DNA of 64,000 nt from the human T2T-CHM13v2.0 reference genome, Homo sapiens: assembly GCF_009914755.1 (NCBI RefSeq), contig NC_060940.1; one strand, 5' to 3'. Below, in pieces: positions 31,169 to 46,486 of the stretch. A program made the translations under genes and the position numbers. The notes under the pieces are model-generated. The model saw only the letters and a list, made by a program, of their open reading frames with translations. It did no database searches and was not told the DNA's origin. Position 1 is the first letter of the stretch, and each line of letters begins with the position of its first letter.

Positions 31169-31919
31169 ATTCATGATGATATTCTCCCATTAATCTTGGA
31201 CTCATAGAGAAGCAAAGAAGAGACAGTCTTATTGGCACTGTTTCCCATTTTAAACCACACAGAGTATATATAAGGTTACTTCCATTGCTCAATAAGGTAA
31301 ATAGAGACCCAGTTCATAAAGGTGTCAGAATGTGTCAGAGAATGTGGTTACTGTGACATTTAACAGAAGGCATTTATTAGCTTTTAAGCACAGAAAGAAA
31401 AGGAGAAATCTCTGTGAGTATTATTATCATGTGAAATCCTTCCAGAATTGCTTGCCTGCTTAGTGGCTGCAATGTACTGCCTCCTTTTTATGTTGCTGTT
31501 ATACACACACAGATTAATTTCTGTCTAGTGCTTTGGAGCTCCATTAGATTGTTTTTGATGACTAAACTAACATACCTTGAAAGACCTTTTTATTGAATTT
31601 TCCAGGCCGTCAGAAGACTTGCCAAAGGGATTTTTGTATAAGAGCCAAGGCTTTTTATTATATAGTGATTTCACACATGGTCTAGTGAGAAAAGACCTTT
31701 AATTTTTGCCTTGTAGAGGCCACTACACAACAAAATGGGGAGATGAGACATTGACAAATTTCTGTTGACATTTCGCAAGGATGTTCTGGTCTGGGGATAG
31801 TTCTTAGTTGAACTTTCTACAAGGGGAAGTGGACTCTGAGATTTCCTGTACCTTCATCTGGCACGTCATTCAGTCTCTTGATATTTCTGTTGTAGAGACT
31901 ATTGGGATGTCTGATGGTA

Positions 31920-32080
31920 TATATCAAATACCCACTATGAACTAGGTACTGTGCTGTAACTATCCATTTGTTATTTCATTGTATCCTCATACCAACCATA
32001 AAACAGTAAGTAACATTACTATAATTTTACAGAAAAGTAAAGCAACCCAATTAAGTGATTTGGATAACATGGAACAGATT
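31920..32080 (-). mobile_element. MIR fragment
   Basis: 'ctaggtactgtgct...tcctcataccaacc...attttacagaaaag'. Confidence 0.55.
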
Positions 32081-32357
32081 ACAATGTGCATATTTTTGAG
32101 TTACAGGTGAGTTTTTCTAGAAAAGATCTTTTACTGTTCTAATGGTAAGATTATAGCATCTTATTTCTAATAACTGCAGCCAAGGTTATTAGAAAAATAA
32201 CAGCAGGAATTGGTTGTTGATTTAAGGATTTTGTTTTATAATGTACTTCTTTCTTCTTAAGTGAGTAGTCAGTACCTAATTTGAAAAATATGCACATGCA
32301 TTAATGTATAAAGATGAAAATGATAATCAGCCAAATCCTACCATTCAGAACTAATTA

Positions 32358-33866
<1,509 letters not shown>

Positions 33867-35914
33867 TACTGGATTTTGTATAAAATGATGTGTTTCTCAT
33901 GACCAGAGTTCACTTAATTTTATCCTAGAAGACCTAATCTATGTTGGAACATTTGCGTTAATCCATGGCTGTTCACCAGCTTTGGGTTGCATGGTGTAGC
34001 TATACCTAGGGACTCCGATACTTAAGGTCTGTCTCCAACCCAAAACTGTATTTATTATAATGATGCATAAATCTAACAGCTACATGTTCTCCACTGTAAA
34101 AGTAGAAGCCATTTTAAATCTCTCTGGAAATAATTATTTACTTCCTGATTCCAAATGACAACTAGATTTCTCTTTTTATCCCCAAAGCTACACGACATTT
34201 CTTGCACAAAGACACAAAAGAAACAACTGGTAATATCATCAATCGCTTCATATTAAATCATTTTGATAATTTTGATGTACTATACAAATTACATCATCAT
34301 TTATTTTGCTTTGTTCAATGAAAATTATAACATAGGCTTTCATTTTTAAAGGAATTACTCCTTAATACGGATACAGTACTGTATGAAAAGACATCACGTG
34401 GCTGAATTATAATTAGTTTCTTGTTGATGACTTAGGTGGATTTAGATTTTAGCAATTCTAAACATGACTGCAAAAAATATCTTTTTCTTCAAATTGTTCA
34501 CATTTGAGATTATTTCCTGTGATATTATTAAGTTAGAAAGCATAAACAAAAGAATTTTGATATATATTATAAACATATTTTCTGGTAGTATACTTTTAAT
34601 TTCCTTTGCTTTAAAAAAAAACATTCTGGGTGAATTTATTCTAACAGGATCTGAATCCCTCTGCTCATAATGGAATAATAGTTCACAAAAATGATGTGGC
34701 AGGATTTTGTTCTGCCTTCAACCTGCACATAGAGTAGCAAGCAAAGGCAGTGAAAGGAAGTTCATTTTCATATTCCTATTTAACAAAGGATTATTTCAAG
34801 GCACAATACTATTGTATGTAAGTTACTGGAACCAAGGCAAAAAATCTACATTGGAATCACATTTCCAAGGTATGTGACTGCAAATACATGTTTTGACATG
34901 TTTTTATTCTGAAGTTCAAGAGAAAAGATATAATATTTTCTTGTTCATTGTTATCAATTCAGGAAATAAACCAAAAAGTATTTGCAGATTAAATCTTTCT
35001 ATGTAGACTCCTTAATCTATTGGCAGAACTAGTTTATCTGCTTTCCTGTTAGTATGCTTGTCTGGTCCAAAGAAATGCCTACAAATCACTAGTATGTCAC
35101 TGTTCCACTCATTTGAGGCTCAAGATCAATATGAGGCATTGAAAATAAAACCAAAATATTCTACAACAGCAAATAGAATTGAGAAATAATTTTGTAAACA
35201 TTTTGAAGACTTTTATTGCCTTGAAGTGAAAACATTTCATTTTATAATTATCAAGTGTTTGTTAACTCTTTACTATGTATATCAATCATGTTTCTTAAAA
35301 ATATTCTTGTAAAAGAGGGAGTCTTGCATGAACAAACATGACCTGAGTCTTCTGCCCACAGTCACATACTGGCTTATCAAAAAGATTATCAAAGCATTTA
35401 GATCACCTGTTCACCTGTTGCTTTTTTTTTAATCCCCTCTTAATCTCTTTTACTTCACCTTAAAATATTGATTATCAAATATCATGTATGAAAAACTGAA
35501 GAGGTTCTGTAAGATGTCATTTTTTATGGAAGATGATATATTTATATACTTATTAGAATTGAGTATCCAGCTAATTCAAAGCTAGATGCCAGTGTTTAAA
35601 AGATCTAGCCCAATCATGCTTGCCCTTAACTTGGGCTTGCACAGTTCAACATCACACCTGAGTATCTGTGGAATTTATCAGGATTCTTAACCCATAATGG
35701 GCTCTGAATTCCATTTATATTTCCCCCAACACTAGGTAACTGCTAAAATCTTTGCTGAGCTTCTCAACCTCTATGAGGTACATTTCTTTTTATTCTTTTA
35801 ACTTCCTACTCTGTATGGAACAAATACCAATGAGTAAAGAAATTTAGGTAATAAGCCAAAACAGGGACCTAGATCACTCTAATGATCAGATCTTAATATA
35901 AAAGTGGCAAATAC

Positions 35915-37305
35915 TTTTAAGGAAATAGATGACAAGGTGAAAAATTTGAACAGAAATTGGAATCTATATTTAAGTATTAATAGAAATTTTAAAACTGAAA
36001 AATAAAATTTTAGTTTGTAGATTTATCAACAGAGCGGACATAGCAGATTAAAAAGGAAAGAAAGAAAATAGTGAATCCAAAAATCTGCCAAAAGAAAACA
36101 TCCAGATTGAATCACAAAGAGCAGAAAGTGAAAGAATACATAGAAAATAATGTCAGAGACAATAAGATAATGGTTACAGGTAGTAACTAAATGTAATTAG
36201 AAACTCAAAAAAGGGAGAGAGATATTGACAAAGAAGCAGTATTTAAACAGCTAATTCCTTGGAATATTCCAAAATTGGTAAACACCAACAACCTGTAGTT
36301 TTAATGTATTCTAGGAACTCCAAGGAGGAAAAACCAAAACTATAACCAAAAGCAACACCTAACAAAAACAAAGAAACATAAAAACCTTAGGGATATAACT
36401 GTACTGAAAGCCAAAAGCAAGAGAAAATGTTAAAAACAGACAAAAGAAAAATATACATTATCAAAAAAAGAACCACTTTAAGTTTTAAAGGTTATGTCTC
36501 AGCAACAATGATGGAGCCCAGATATAAAAAAATAGTATCTTTGGAGTGCTAAAAGAAAATAACTGCAAGGTTGATTTCTATAACCAGTAAAAGTATCCCT
36601 CAAAAATAAAAGTAAAATAAAGACATTTTGACAAACAAAAGCTTAGAGAATTGGAAAAGAGCAGACTTACAGTAAAGAAATTGGGAGAAAATAAAATGTT
36701 TTTCAAGCATGAAAGCAGAAGAAAATCCCAGACAAAAAATCAGAAATGAAGAGAAAGAAAGACCATCTCAAAGGGTTAAATATGCTGCTAATTTAAAAGT
36801 ATATTATCTATTTTACACAAAACTATAATATCCCTTGAAATTTAAAATATGTGTAGAAATAGAATACATGGCAACATTAACAGAAAATCAACTTTTAAGT
36901 GGAGCTTAAATATCCAAAATACTTACATTTTCTGGTCAATGGTAAACCTACTAATTTATACTAGACCCTACAGAGTCAAGAATATTCAATGTGATTTAAA
37001 GAAAACACAAGCAATATTAGAGTAAAAGCATGCATATTTAGGAACTAGTAGAAACATTGAATAACTAAAATATAAATTTCATTAATAAAAAGATTAGAAG
37101 AAACAAAGAAAGATTGAACTAAGAGAAAATAAAAATTTAAATAATAGACTTAAACCAAAATAAGTCAATATGTTAAATATAAATACATGAATGCTTCAAC
37201 AAAAAAATAAGATTTTCAGACAGGAAAAAAAAAATCAACTACATCCTCTTTCTAAAAGTCACAAACTATGTATAAGAAAGGAGAAAAATTAAAAGTAAAA
37301 TGGTA
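35915..37305 (+). mobile_element. Very old L1M ORF1 and ORF2-start relic
   Basis: A-rich; 'ctaaaagaaaataactgcaa...aaaataaagacattttgacaaacaaaagct' ORF1 3' signature. Confidence 0.65.
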
Positions 37306-38547
37306 AAGTTCTGGTTACCATTTCAAGATGTAAGGGGCTTGGAAGTTATCACTTGCATGGACAGAAGAAGAAAAAATCCGAAGAAACTGAAAATCCACAA
37401 CTTTTCTTGGGTCCAAGGGAGAACTCAAGTCCCAAGACAAAAGTGTGGACTGTGACAATTGTAGAAATGGTTAAATACAGAGAGTCATTGCTGATCAGAG
37501 AAGCCCGCTTGCATCAACCTGCCACTGAGGCAAGTAATGGGGTAGAAAAACTTAAATCATAATAGGTGAAAGACTGGAGGCTCAGTGTGAAAAAACTTGA
37601 GAGTTAAATACTCCAGGGGGCCTAGTCTTAAGGGAGCCCCAAACTTTCTTGAGTTTTACCTCCAGGAACCCCACTAGGTTCTTGGTATGCAGAATGAAAA
37701 AAAAATCCCCTCATATTTATCAGGTGGAAAAGAAAAGTAATAGTTTTTAAATACTTCTGAGTATTCTGTTCTCTTTAACAAAAGTCTGCCTGCAAAAGAA
37801 ACTATTTTGCCAGACCCTTACAGTTTTGAGTTGCACCAAAGAATAACCAATCTGGAGCAAGAGAAATACTTAGTTCTAGCCCCCAAGCCCCCTAGAAATA
37901 TCAACAAGAAGAAATAACCCAATTAACAAATAGGCAAAAGTTCTAAACAGACAATTCACCAAAGAAGATAAATAGATAGCAGATGTGCATATGAAAGATG
38001 CAAATAAAACTCCAACTTTTATTTGCAGCTCCCTAATGAAAACCTCATGTTTTATTGGAGAACTGCAAGTAAAAATGAGAAACCACCATACACCTATTAA
38101 AATGCTTAAAATCCAAAACACAGAATCAAATTCTAGGGAGGACATGAAGCAATAGGAACTCTCATTCATTGCTGATAGAAATGTAAATGGTACAACCACT
38201 TTGGAAGGCAATTTGGCAGTGTCTTGCAAAACTAAACATACTTTTATCACAAGATTCAGCAATTGTGCTCCTTTCAAATTAATTGAAAATACATGTCCAT
38301 GCAAAACATGCAAATGGGTGTTTATAGGAGTTCTATGCATTATTGCTAAAATTTGACATAAGGAAGATGGCCTCCAGTGTGTTAATGGATAAACAAACTG
38401 TGGTATATGCATGCAATGGAATATGATTCAGTGATAGAAATGGGTGACTGGACAAGACATAGAGGAATGTAAGTCAACATTGCTAAGTGAAAGAAGTCAA
38501 ACTGAAAAATCTACAAACTGTATGTCTAAATACTGTATGACATTCTA
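37306..38547 (+). mobile_element. Old L1M: 5'-UTR-like block (37306-37890) abutting an ORF2 3' block (37895-38547)
   Basis: ORF2 signatures 'taaacagacaattcaccaaagaagat' and 'aatggtacaaccactttggaa'; the 5' UTR call is weaker. Confidence 0.6.
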
Positions 38548-38951
38548 TAAACCAATGTTGCCTCAGTCTGTACCTTTTTCCCTTTGTGATATTGCTGGTA
38601 CCACACATTTTGCAGATAATGATGTATGTTGAGCCCAAAGTGAATTTTAGAATATCTCTACCTCAGCATGGCACTTGCCATATTCTAAAAGGAACATTAC
38701 ATTACACACGTACTGAAATACATATCAATTTTAGGTATGTGCTCTCAGCTGATTGTGAAAGGTAAATGAAGAAGCAAGTGAAAAGGAATATCTAGCCTTA
38801 ATTACTACAAACATGAATGTAAAATTATTTAACATATTTAGGCTTTTTTTCTTCTGTAATTGTGAGTTTAGGACTAAACAATAAACAATTTGTAATGACC
38901 CAGTTGAGCACTAAAATTCTGCATATGCGCATACACACAACCACATAAACA

Positions 38952-39550
38952 GAGGAAGTCTTGACTTAATGTCATCCATAGGTTCTTGGAAATTGTGACT
39001 TTCAGGAAAAGAATGTATAATGAAACTAATTTTCCCATAGGTTAATTGATATAAACAAGACTTAAGCTCTTACAGCATATTTCTGGTCAGGAAAACATCA
39101 CCAAACTTGTACATAAAGATCAAAACACTTCTAATATTAAACATTGAAATAAATGGGAACTATGCATACATTTAAGAAAGACTAATGATAAGTAAGATAA
39201 TTATTTACCCGCTTATTTCAGTTCAGGGTCATGGGTGGTCAGATCCTATCCCTTGCAGCATGGGGCTCCAGGCAGACCTCCTTTGACAGGATGACATTCC
39301 CTTGAAAGGGGCACCCACACTCACTCACACTGGGACTGTTTAGTCATGCCAATGCACCTCTTTGGGATGTGGGAGGAAATCTGAGTGCCCAGAGAAAACC
39401 CACCTGAACATGGGGAGAACTTGTCAACTGTACCCAGACAGTGGTCTGACCAGGAAGCAATTTCTTCCCCCTTGATGGGGGGAAAAAATTAAAGTTGATC
39501 TTTATAACAAAATGACCTTGAATGAAACAATGTTATTAGAGGACCTGCTG
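38952..39550 (-). mobile_element. MER6A (TcMar-Tigger) DNA transposon
   Basis: End 'gaggacctgctg-TA'; about 600 bp; internal 'tgggatgtgggaggaaatctgagtgcccagagaaaacccac'. Confidence 0.85.
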
Positions 39551-41093
39551 TAAACACATGTGCTTCTGTATGTGTAAACACACAGTGGTGGTACAACGTA
39601 ACTTCTATAAGACAATCTGTTAAAATTTAGGACATGAACACAGGGAGATTAGCTTCCTAGAGTTCTATAAGCATCAGAAAAATAAGAACTATTTTAAATA
39701 GTATCTACATTAAAAAATCTATTTCCTTCCCCTCACCAACATGAAAGAGAGGAACTAAAGAAAATCTATATGGATTGACATAAGAGAAAAAAAAAAGAGC
39801 TCTGCATGGGGAAAGGATAGTGTCTGTTTTGAGATGCAGGGATAGTTGAACTATATTTTCTTTTATTTTGTTTATTTGGGTTTTAAAAAATTTCTTAATG
39901 AAGCAATGCTATTTTAAAAATATATACAATTACATATATATCTACACGCAACACTCAAAATGAAGGAAAAAAATTCTGTTCAGAATGCCAAAAAGCAGCT
40001 GGGTATGAAGAATGCTTCATTTTATTATTTTCAAATATCCTTGACTTAAATAATGATTTATTTATTATTAAAAACTCTATTTGATGCAATAGGTTGATCG
40101 GCATTTCACTGAGCCAATTTTATTCTTAAATAAAAGGCTACCTCTGTGGCCCACTGAAGATTCACATCTTCTTTTGAGAGTGATTTTGTTCTAAATTTTC
40201 CTTGCTGCATAGAGTGTCATATTCTAACATTTTTTTCTGCAACCATCTGGCCTTGGTGTAAGAAATCAATTCCACAGCAGCCATCGAACTCTGGTGCACT
40301 GAAAGACATGTCCAAACTAAGCTTCTCTCAATATCTTTAGCACAACTGACCTTTTGTTCTTGAAGAAGCAGGCTCAGTTGGAACAAGAAGGAACTTGTCA
40401 TGCCATTTCCCTGCTACAATATTCATTAGTTGGGGGCCGTGATCTTCTGCATCTCTACAGCAGATTCTTGTTAACAAGCCTCAAGTCAGCAATCTGCTAT
40501 TTCCCCGTGCCTCTGTAATGTTTTATCAGGATAACTAATTCTTAAATGAGCATTTTCTCATGGCATATTCTCTTAACGCTTTCAGACACTGTTCTCTCCA
40601 ACAGCTATCCTTTGAAGACAGGAACATCTATACACTATAGCAAGGCATTTCAGCACCCCTGGCACCCCACAGGCCAGCCCTCCCACCGTCACTACTGAGA
40701 CACCGTCCAGGCACAGCAATTATTACAAAGTAGAAGTTTAGTCACCAGGAACCTGTGCAGCTCTGGGTTTGATGTGTTTAGCCAAGAAAAGTGGGTGAAG
40801 ATCCTTCTTGAGTCAAATATTTTAGGAAGAACACCCTTTTTTTTCCTTATACTTAACAAATTATTTTGAAAAATGGCTCCAGGCTCTGTACAAGTATGTA
40901 AAAGAACATAAAAAGACAAATTTCAGGTCAATCTATACCTTAGTAAAAAGAGTATTGGTATTTTAGTATTACTATATATTTATATAATGCATATTATATC
41001 ATAGTTTTCACTTATAGAGTTCTTCATATTATGTTCAAATAGGCTACATTAGGAGAAGAAGATAGGGACACATATGGGCTGAAGAAAGATAGA

Positions 41094-41461
41094 TGATATG
41101 GTTTGGCTGTGTCGCCAACCGAATCTCATCTTGAATTGTAACTCCCACAATTCCCACGTGTCATAGGAGGAACCCGGTGGGAGGCGATTGAATTATGGGG
41201 GCAGGTCTTTCCTGCGCTGTTCTCATGATAGTGAATGAGTCTAACAAGATCTGATTGTTTTAAAAAGAGGATTTCCCCTGCACAAACTCTCTTCGCCTGT
41301 CGCCATCCATGTAAGATGCGACTTACTTCTCCTTGCCTTCCACCATTATTGGGAGGCCTCCCCAGCCACGTGAAACTATGAGTTCAATTAAACCTCTTTC
41401 TTTTGTAAATTACCCAGTCTTGGGTATGTCTTCATCAGCAGCATGAAAACGGACTAGTACA
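41094..41461 (+). mobile_element. THE1A/B MaLR solo LTR
   Basis: TGATATGGTTTGGCTGTGTC...GGACTAGTACA; TSD ATAGA/ATAGC. Confidence 0.92.
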
Positions 41462-41807
41462 ATAGCCTACCAAGAATAAGTTATGAGATTTTACAAGACA
41501 ATTCAGCTGACAAAATAATGACCACATGATCAAGATGCCAAATACATAAGCATGATATCTTTGTTCTGGAATTTATCTGAGGGGAAAAATTGTGAAGTAA
41601 TACACTTTCTCAAATCCATGAGACTGGAACTCGGAGTGTCTAAAGGTAGCCCTCTTGGAAGTAGATTTTATGTCATCAGATGTCCTATCGGTTTCATGAG
41701 GGTGCAGAACTAGTTGTTCTCTATTCCTATAATAACACCCTTCCTTCCTTCTATTTTTCTTTCTTGTCCACGTTTTGTGCCTGGATCTTCATTTATAAAG
41801 GTGACTG

Positions 41808-42250
41808 ATTGATGCCATGGAAAGGCTAATCATCATAAAATATTTTTACTACTTATATCTCCCTAAAGACGGGGCATCCAATGCTATTCAGGGCCACAGG
41901 AGAAGCATCTGGTTTTGGTCAAGACAAGAAGTAAGATTGAGGGAGAAAACTAGGGCAGAGCCTCTACTGGGGTTTCTTCAGGAAAGACAGGGCAGGGCAG
42001 AATAAAGAACTTAAGGTTGGCCAATATGAATACAGTTGACAGGCTCTGGGCTACAGGGAGAGTCTCCAGTGGGCTGCTACCTCACTCTGGGTTGACTTAG
42101 GGCAGGGGACATACTGGTTTGGTGTGGGAGAACTAAATAAAGAGGGTAGTTGGAGGGTAGAGACTGCCGACTGGTTGGCTTGCATATGAAATTCATACTT
42201 CTGCAGAGCCCTTTACTACCTCGAAGAACTGAATAGTTCTGGTAGGGCAT
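41808..42250 (-). mobile_element. Old ERVL LTR (MER54/MER74-group-like)
   Basis: 'cagggccacaggagaagca...cagggcagggcag...ggttggcttgcatatgaaa' resembles the recalled consensus; ends approximate. Confidence 0.5.
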
Positions 42251-42662
42251 CAAGAATAAAGAATATAAGAAAATATAATTAACATAACAGACCCTGTGAT
42301 GAATGGATGGCAAATAAACAAATATGAAGTCTAAGTAAACGTGGTTAAAACAACACATTTCTTGGAGTGGGTACGTAGACTAAGATTCAGAAACTCTGTT
42401 GATACATTTAAACTTCAACTAGTATAATCTAAAGTAGAGCTTGCCAATATTAGAAAAAAAAATGTCTGTTAATGAAGAACCAATTTCAATGAATCTGGAA
42501 TAACCATTTTGGTCAGTCCTCCAAGATGAAGTCAAGAACCTTAAGGATTCTTTCCAGAAAGGAATAGGCTAACGTTGAGTTAATGACCAAAAGATGAAAA
42601 GGAACAAAGGGAGAGGAGAACAGGAAAGAGGATCAGAGGAAAATAAGCCTATTAAACATTGA

Positions 42663-42966
<304 letters not shown>

Positions 42967-43585
42967 AAACATTGATCTTAAATAGAGTGAATGTACTCAA
43001 AGGTAATTCATGCTGTGCACCAACTTATGGACCATTTGTGTTCATGGTTAGCTAAAATCAAGAGTCTTCCTCCCAGTGATGGCTTGCCTATTGACACCCT
43101 CTCATGTGTTTGACATGCCTGTGGAGTTAAGGAAACAAAAAGGCATCTTTGAAAGAGTATTGTTATATATAGCCGTGTAGGCTGGACATAAGACCTCATG
43201 GGAAAGTCATGGTGACTGCTCCTTTTGTTCATCGATACTTTTAAAAGGTAGCAGTGTCACTGTGGAGGAAGATGTTCTAGCACAAACCTCTTTAAGTGTG
43301 TTAAGGAGATTCAAACTTCACTTGAAATATTGGACAAGATGGCCTCTACATTTCCTCTTCTTTATTAGACTTTTGACCTTATGTCAATACTTCTTACATA
43401 ACAGTACAGGAAACTTTTTTTTTACTGGGGGCTAGAGGGAAACAGTTAAAATTCTGTGGGCTTCTGGGTCAATGGAGTAATAATTACAGCCAAGAACTAT
43501 CCTATGTCAAAGGAAGAACTGTGAAAATGTCATCCAAGGGATTAAAAAATACATGTAATTGTTTCTCCTAAGAAAATGTCTTTAA

Positions 43586-45775
43586 GAGGAGGTTCCAAGA
43601 TGGCCAAATAGGAACAGTTCCAGTCTACAGCTCCCAGCATGAGCGATGCAGAAGACAGGTGATTTCTGCATTTCCAACTGAGGTACCGGGTTGACCTCAC
43701 TGGGGCTTGTTGGACAGTGGGTGCAGCCCACAGAGTGTGAGCCCAAGCAGTCTGGGACATTGCCTCACTGGGGAAGTGCAAGGGGTTGGGGAAATCCTTT
43801 TCCTAGCCAAGGGAAGCCAGGACAGATGGTACCTGGAAAATCGGGACACTCCCACCCTGATACTGTGCTTTTCCAACGGTCTTAGCAAACAGCACACGAG
43901 GAGATTATATCCCTCCCACGCCTGGCTCGGAGGGTCCCACGCCCATGGAGCCTTGCTCACTGCTAGCACAGCAGTCTGAGATTGAACTGCAAGTTGGCAG
44001 TGAGGCTGGGGGAGGGGCATCCACCATTGCTGAGGCTTGAGTAGGTAGACAAAGCAGCCAGGAAGCTCAAACTGGGTGGAGCCCACAGCAGCTCAAGGAG
44101 ACCTGCCTGCCTCTGTAGACTCCACCTCTGGGGGCAGGGCATAGCTGAACAAAAGGCAGCAGAAACTTCTGCAGACTTAAACGTCCCTGTCTGACAGCTT
44201 TGAAGAGAGTGGTGGTTCTCCCAGCATGGAGTTTGAGATCTGAGACCAGACAGACCGCCTCCTTAAGTGGGTCCCTGACCCCTGAGTAGCCTAACTTGGA
44301 GACACCTCCCAATAGAGGCCACATCATACAGCCGGGCGCCCCTCTGAGATGAAGCTTCCAGAGGAAGGATCAGGCAGCAGCATTTGCCGTTCTGCAATAT
44401 TTGCTGTTCTGCAGCCTCCACTGGTGATACCCAGGCAAACAGGGTCTGGAGTGGACCTCCAGCAAACTCCAACAGACCTGCAGCTGAAGGTCTTGACTGT
44501 TAGAAGGAAAACTAACAAACAGAAAGGACATCCACACCAAAACCCGATCTGTACATCACCATCATCAAAGACCAAAGGTAGATAAAACCACAAAGATGGG
44601 GAGAAACCAGAGCAGAAAAGCAGAAAATTCTAAAAATCAGAGCACCTCTTCTCTTCCAAAGGAACTCAGCTCCTTGCCAGCAACAGAACAAAGCTGGATG
44701 GAGAATTACTTTGACTAGTTGAGAGAAGAAGGCTTCAGACGATCGGTAATAATAAACTTCTCCGAGCTAAAGGAGGATGTTCGAACCCATCGCAAAGAAG
44801 CTAAAAACCTTCCAAAGAGATTAGACGAATGGCTAACTAGAATAAACAGCATTGAGAAGACCTTAAATGTCCTGATGGAGGTGAAAACCATGGCACTAGA
44901 ACTACATGACGCATGCACAAGCTTCAGTAGCTGATTCGATCAAGTGGAAGAAAGGGTATCAGTGATTGAAGATCAAATGAATGAAATGAAGCGGGAAGAG
45001 AAGTTTAGAGAAAAAAGAGTAAAAAGAAATGAACAAAGTCTACAAGAAATATGGGACTATGTGAAAAGACCAAATCTACGTCTGATTGGTGTACCTGAAA
45101 GTGGCGGGGAGAATGGAACCAAGTTGGAAAACACTCTGCAGGATATTATCCAAGAGAACTTCCCCAACCTACCAAGGGAGGCCAACATTCAAATTCAGGA
45201 AATACAGAGAACGCCACAAAGATATTCCTCAAGAAGAGCAACTCCAAGACACATAATTGTCACATTCACCAAATTATAAATCATGCTGCTATAAAGACAC
45301 ATGCACATGTATGTTTATTGCGGCACTATTCACAGTAGCAAAGACTTGGAACCAACTCAAATGTCCATCAATAATAGACTGGATTAAGACAATGTGTCAC
45401 ATATACACCATGGCAGCCATAAAAAAGGACGAGTTCATGTCCTTTGTAGGGACATGGATGAAGCTGGAAACCATCATTCTGAGCAAACTATCACAAGTAC
45501 AGAAAACCAAACACTCCATGTTCTCACTCATAGGTGGGAATTGAACAATGAGAACACTTGGACACAGGGTGGGGAACATCATACACTGGGGCCTGTCATG
45601 GGGGGAGTGGGGAGGGATAGCATTAGGAGATATACCTAATGTAAATGACGAGTTAGTGGGTGCAGCACACCAACATGGCACATGTATACATATGTAATAA
45701 ACCTACACGTTGTGCACATGTACCCTAGAACTTAAAATATAATTTAAAAAAAAAGCTTTAGATCAGAAAAAAAAT
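43586..45775 (+). mobile_element. L1PA (L1PA6-like) with intact 5' UTR and 3' end but a large internal deletion
   Basis: 5' end GAGGAGGTTCCAAGATGGCC; ORF1 ATG at 44596 with stops; joins the ORF2 end near 45273; 15-bp TSD AGAAAATGTCTTTAA (43571-43585, 45776-45790). Confidence 0.93.
43905..44027 (-). pseudogene. L1 antisense ORF0 homolog truncated to 40 aa by a 4-bp duplication
   Basis: Translates MVDAPPPASLPTCSSISDCCASSEQGSMGVGPSEPGVGGI*. Confidence 0.7.
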
Positions 45776-46486
45776 AGAAAATGTCTTTAATTTCATCCAG
45801 CTCTGTTAATTTCCAAAGACAGCTAAATTCCACCAGAATCAGTAATGCCCAGCAGCTGGTTAAGGGTGGAGTTAAGTGTCTCACTACCTATAAAATGTGT
45901 CTTCTTATTATGTCTCAGGAAAGCAATGTGATACTTCTAATTTAATCAAAACTAATCAGAGTTTGTTCCTCCTCATTAAGAGAAGCTAGGTCCTTTTGGG
46001 GCTACAGCTCTTTGAATTAATCTGGTATTTGGGTTTTCATACTAGAAATAAAAATCCTAAAATGGCAAGTGGTATATGTATATTTTTTAAGGATATAAGA
46101 ACTATTAGCAATTGATGTAAATTTTCACTGAACATACTTGGATTTTTTTCTTCTAATGCTACATAATAAGTATAATTTTACCTAATGGAAAGTAGTTTCG
46201 TGCTCACAAAATTTCAGCCTAGAAGTAAAAACTAGACATGGGACAGAATCCAAAACCCGGCTACCTGCTGTTAAAGAAAAATTACACCAAGGAAGACATT
46301 TTATTCAACCCACCAATTACACGCAAAGGATTTGGGCCAGATAATTCCTGTCTGAATTAAGTACGTGAATATGACAGGCCACATTCAGACATAATATTTT
46401 TCTTTTAAAAAATAATAATAATAGTTACTTAAATTTCCATAACTTGGAAATTCTGATAGCATTGCCCAAGAAAAATGAAGAAAAAG

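Noticed and set aside
37876-38412. Longest ORF (178 aa, minus strand)
   Set aside because: Antisense reading of old L1 ORF2 sequence, a common artefact.
40304-40323. p53 response element
   Set aside because: Only one perfect half-site (AGACATGTCC); the adjacent decamer lacks the core G.
45265-45285. Spliced-L1 explanation for the ORF1-ORF2 junction
   Set aside because: Against the recalled consensus, no breakpoint placement gives both a GT donor and an AG acceptor.
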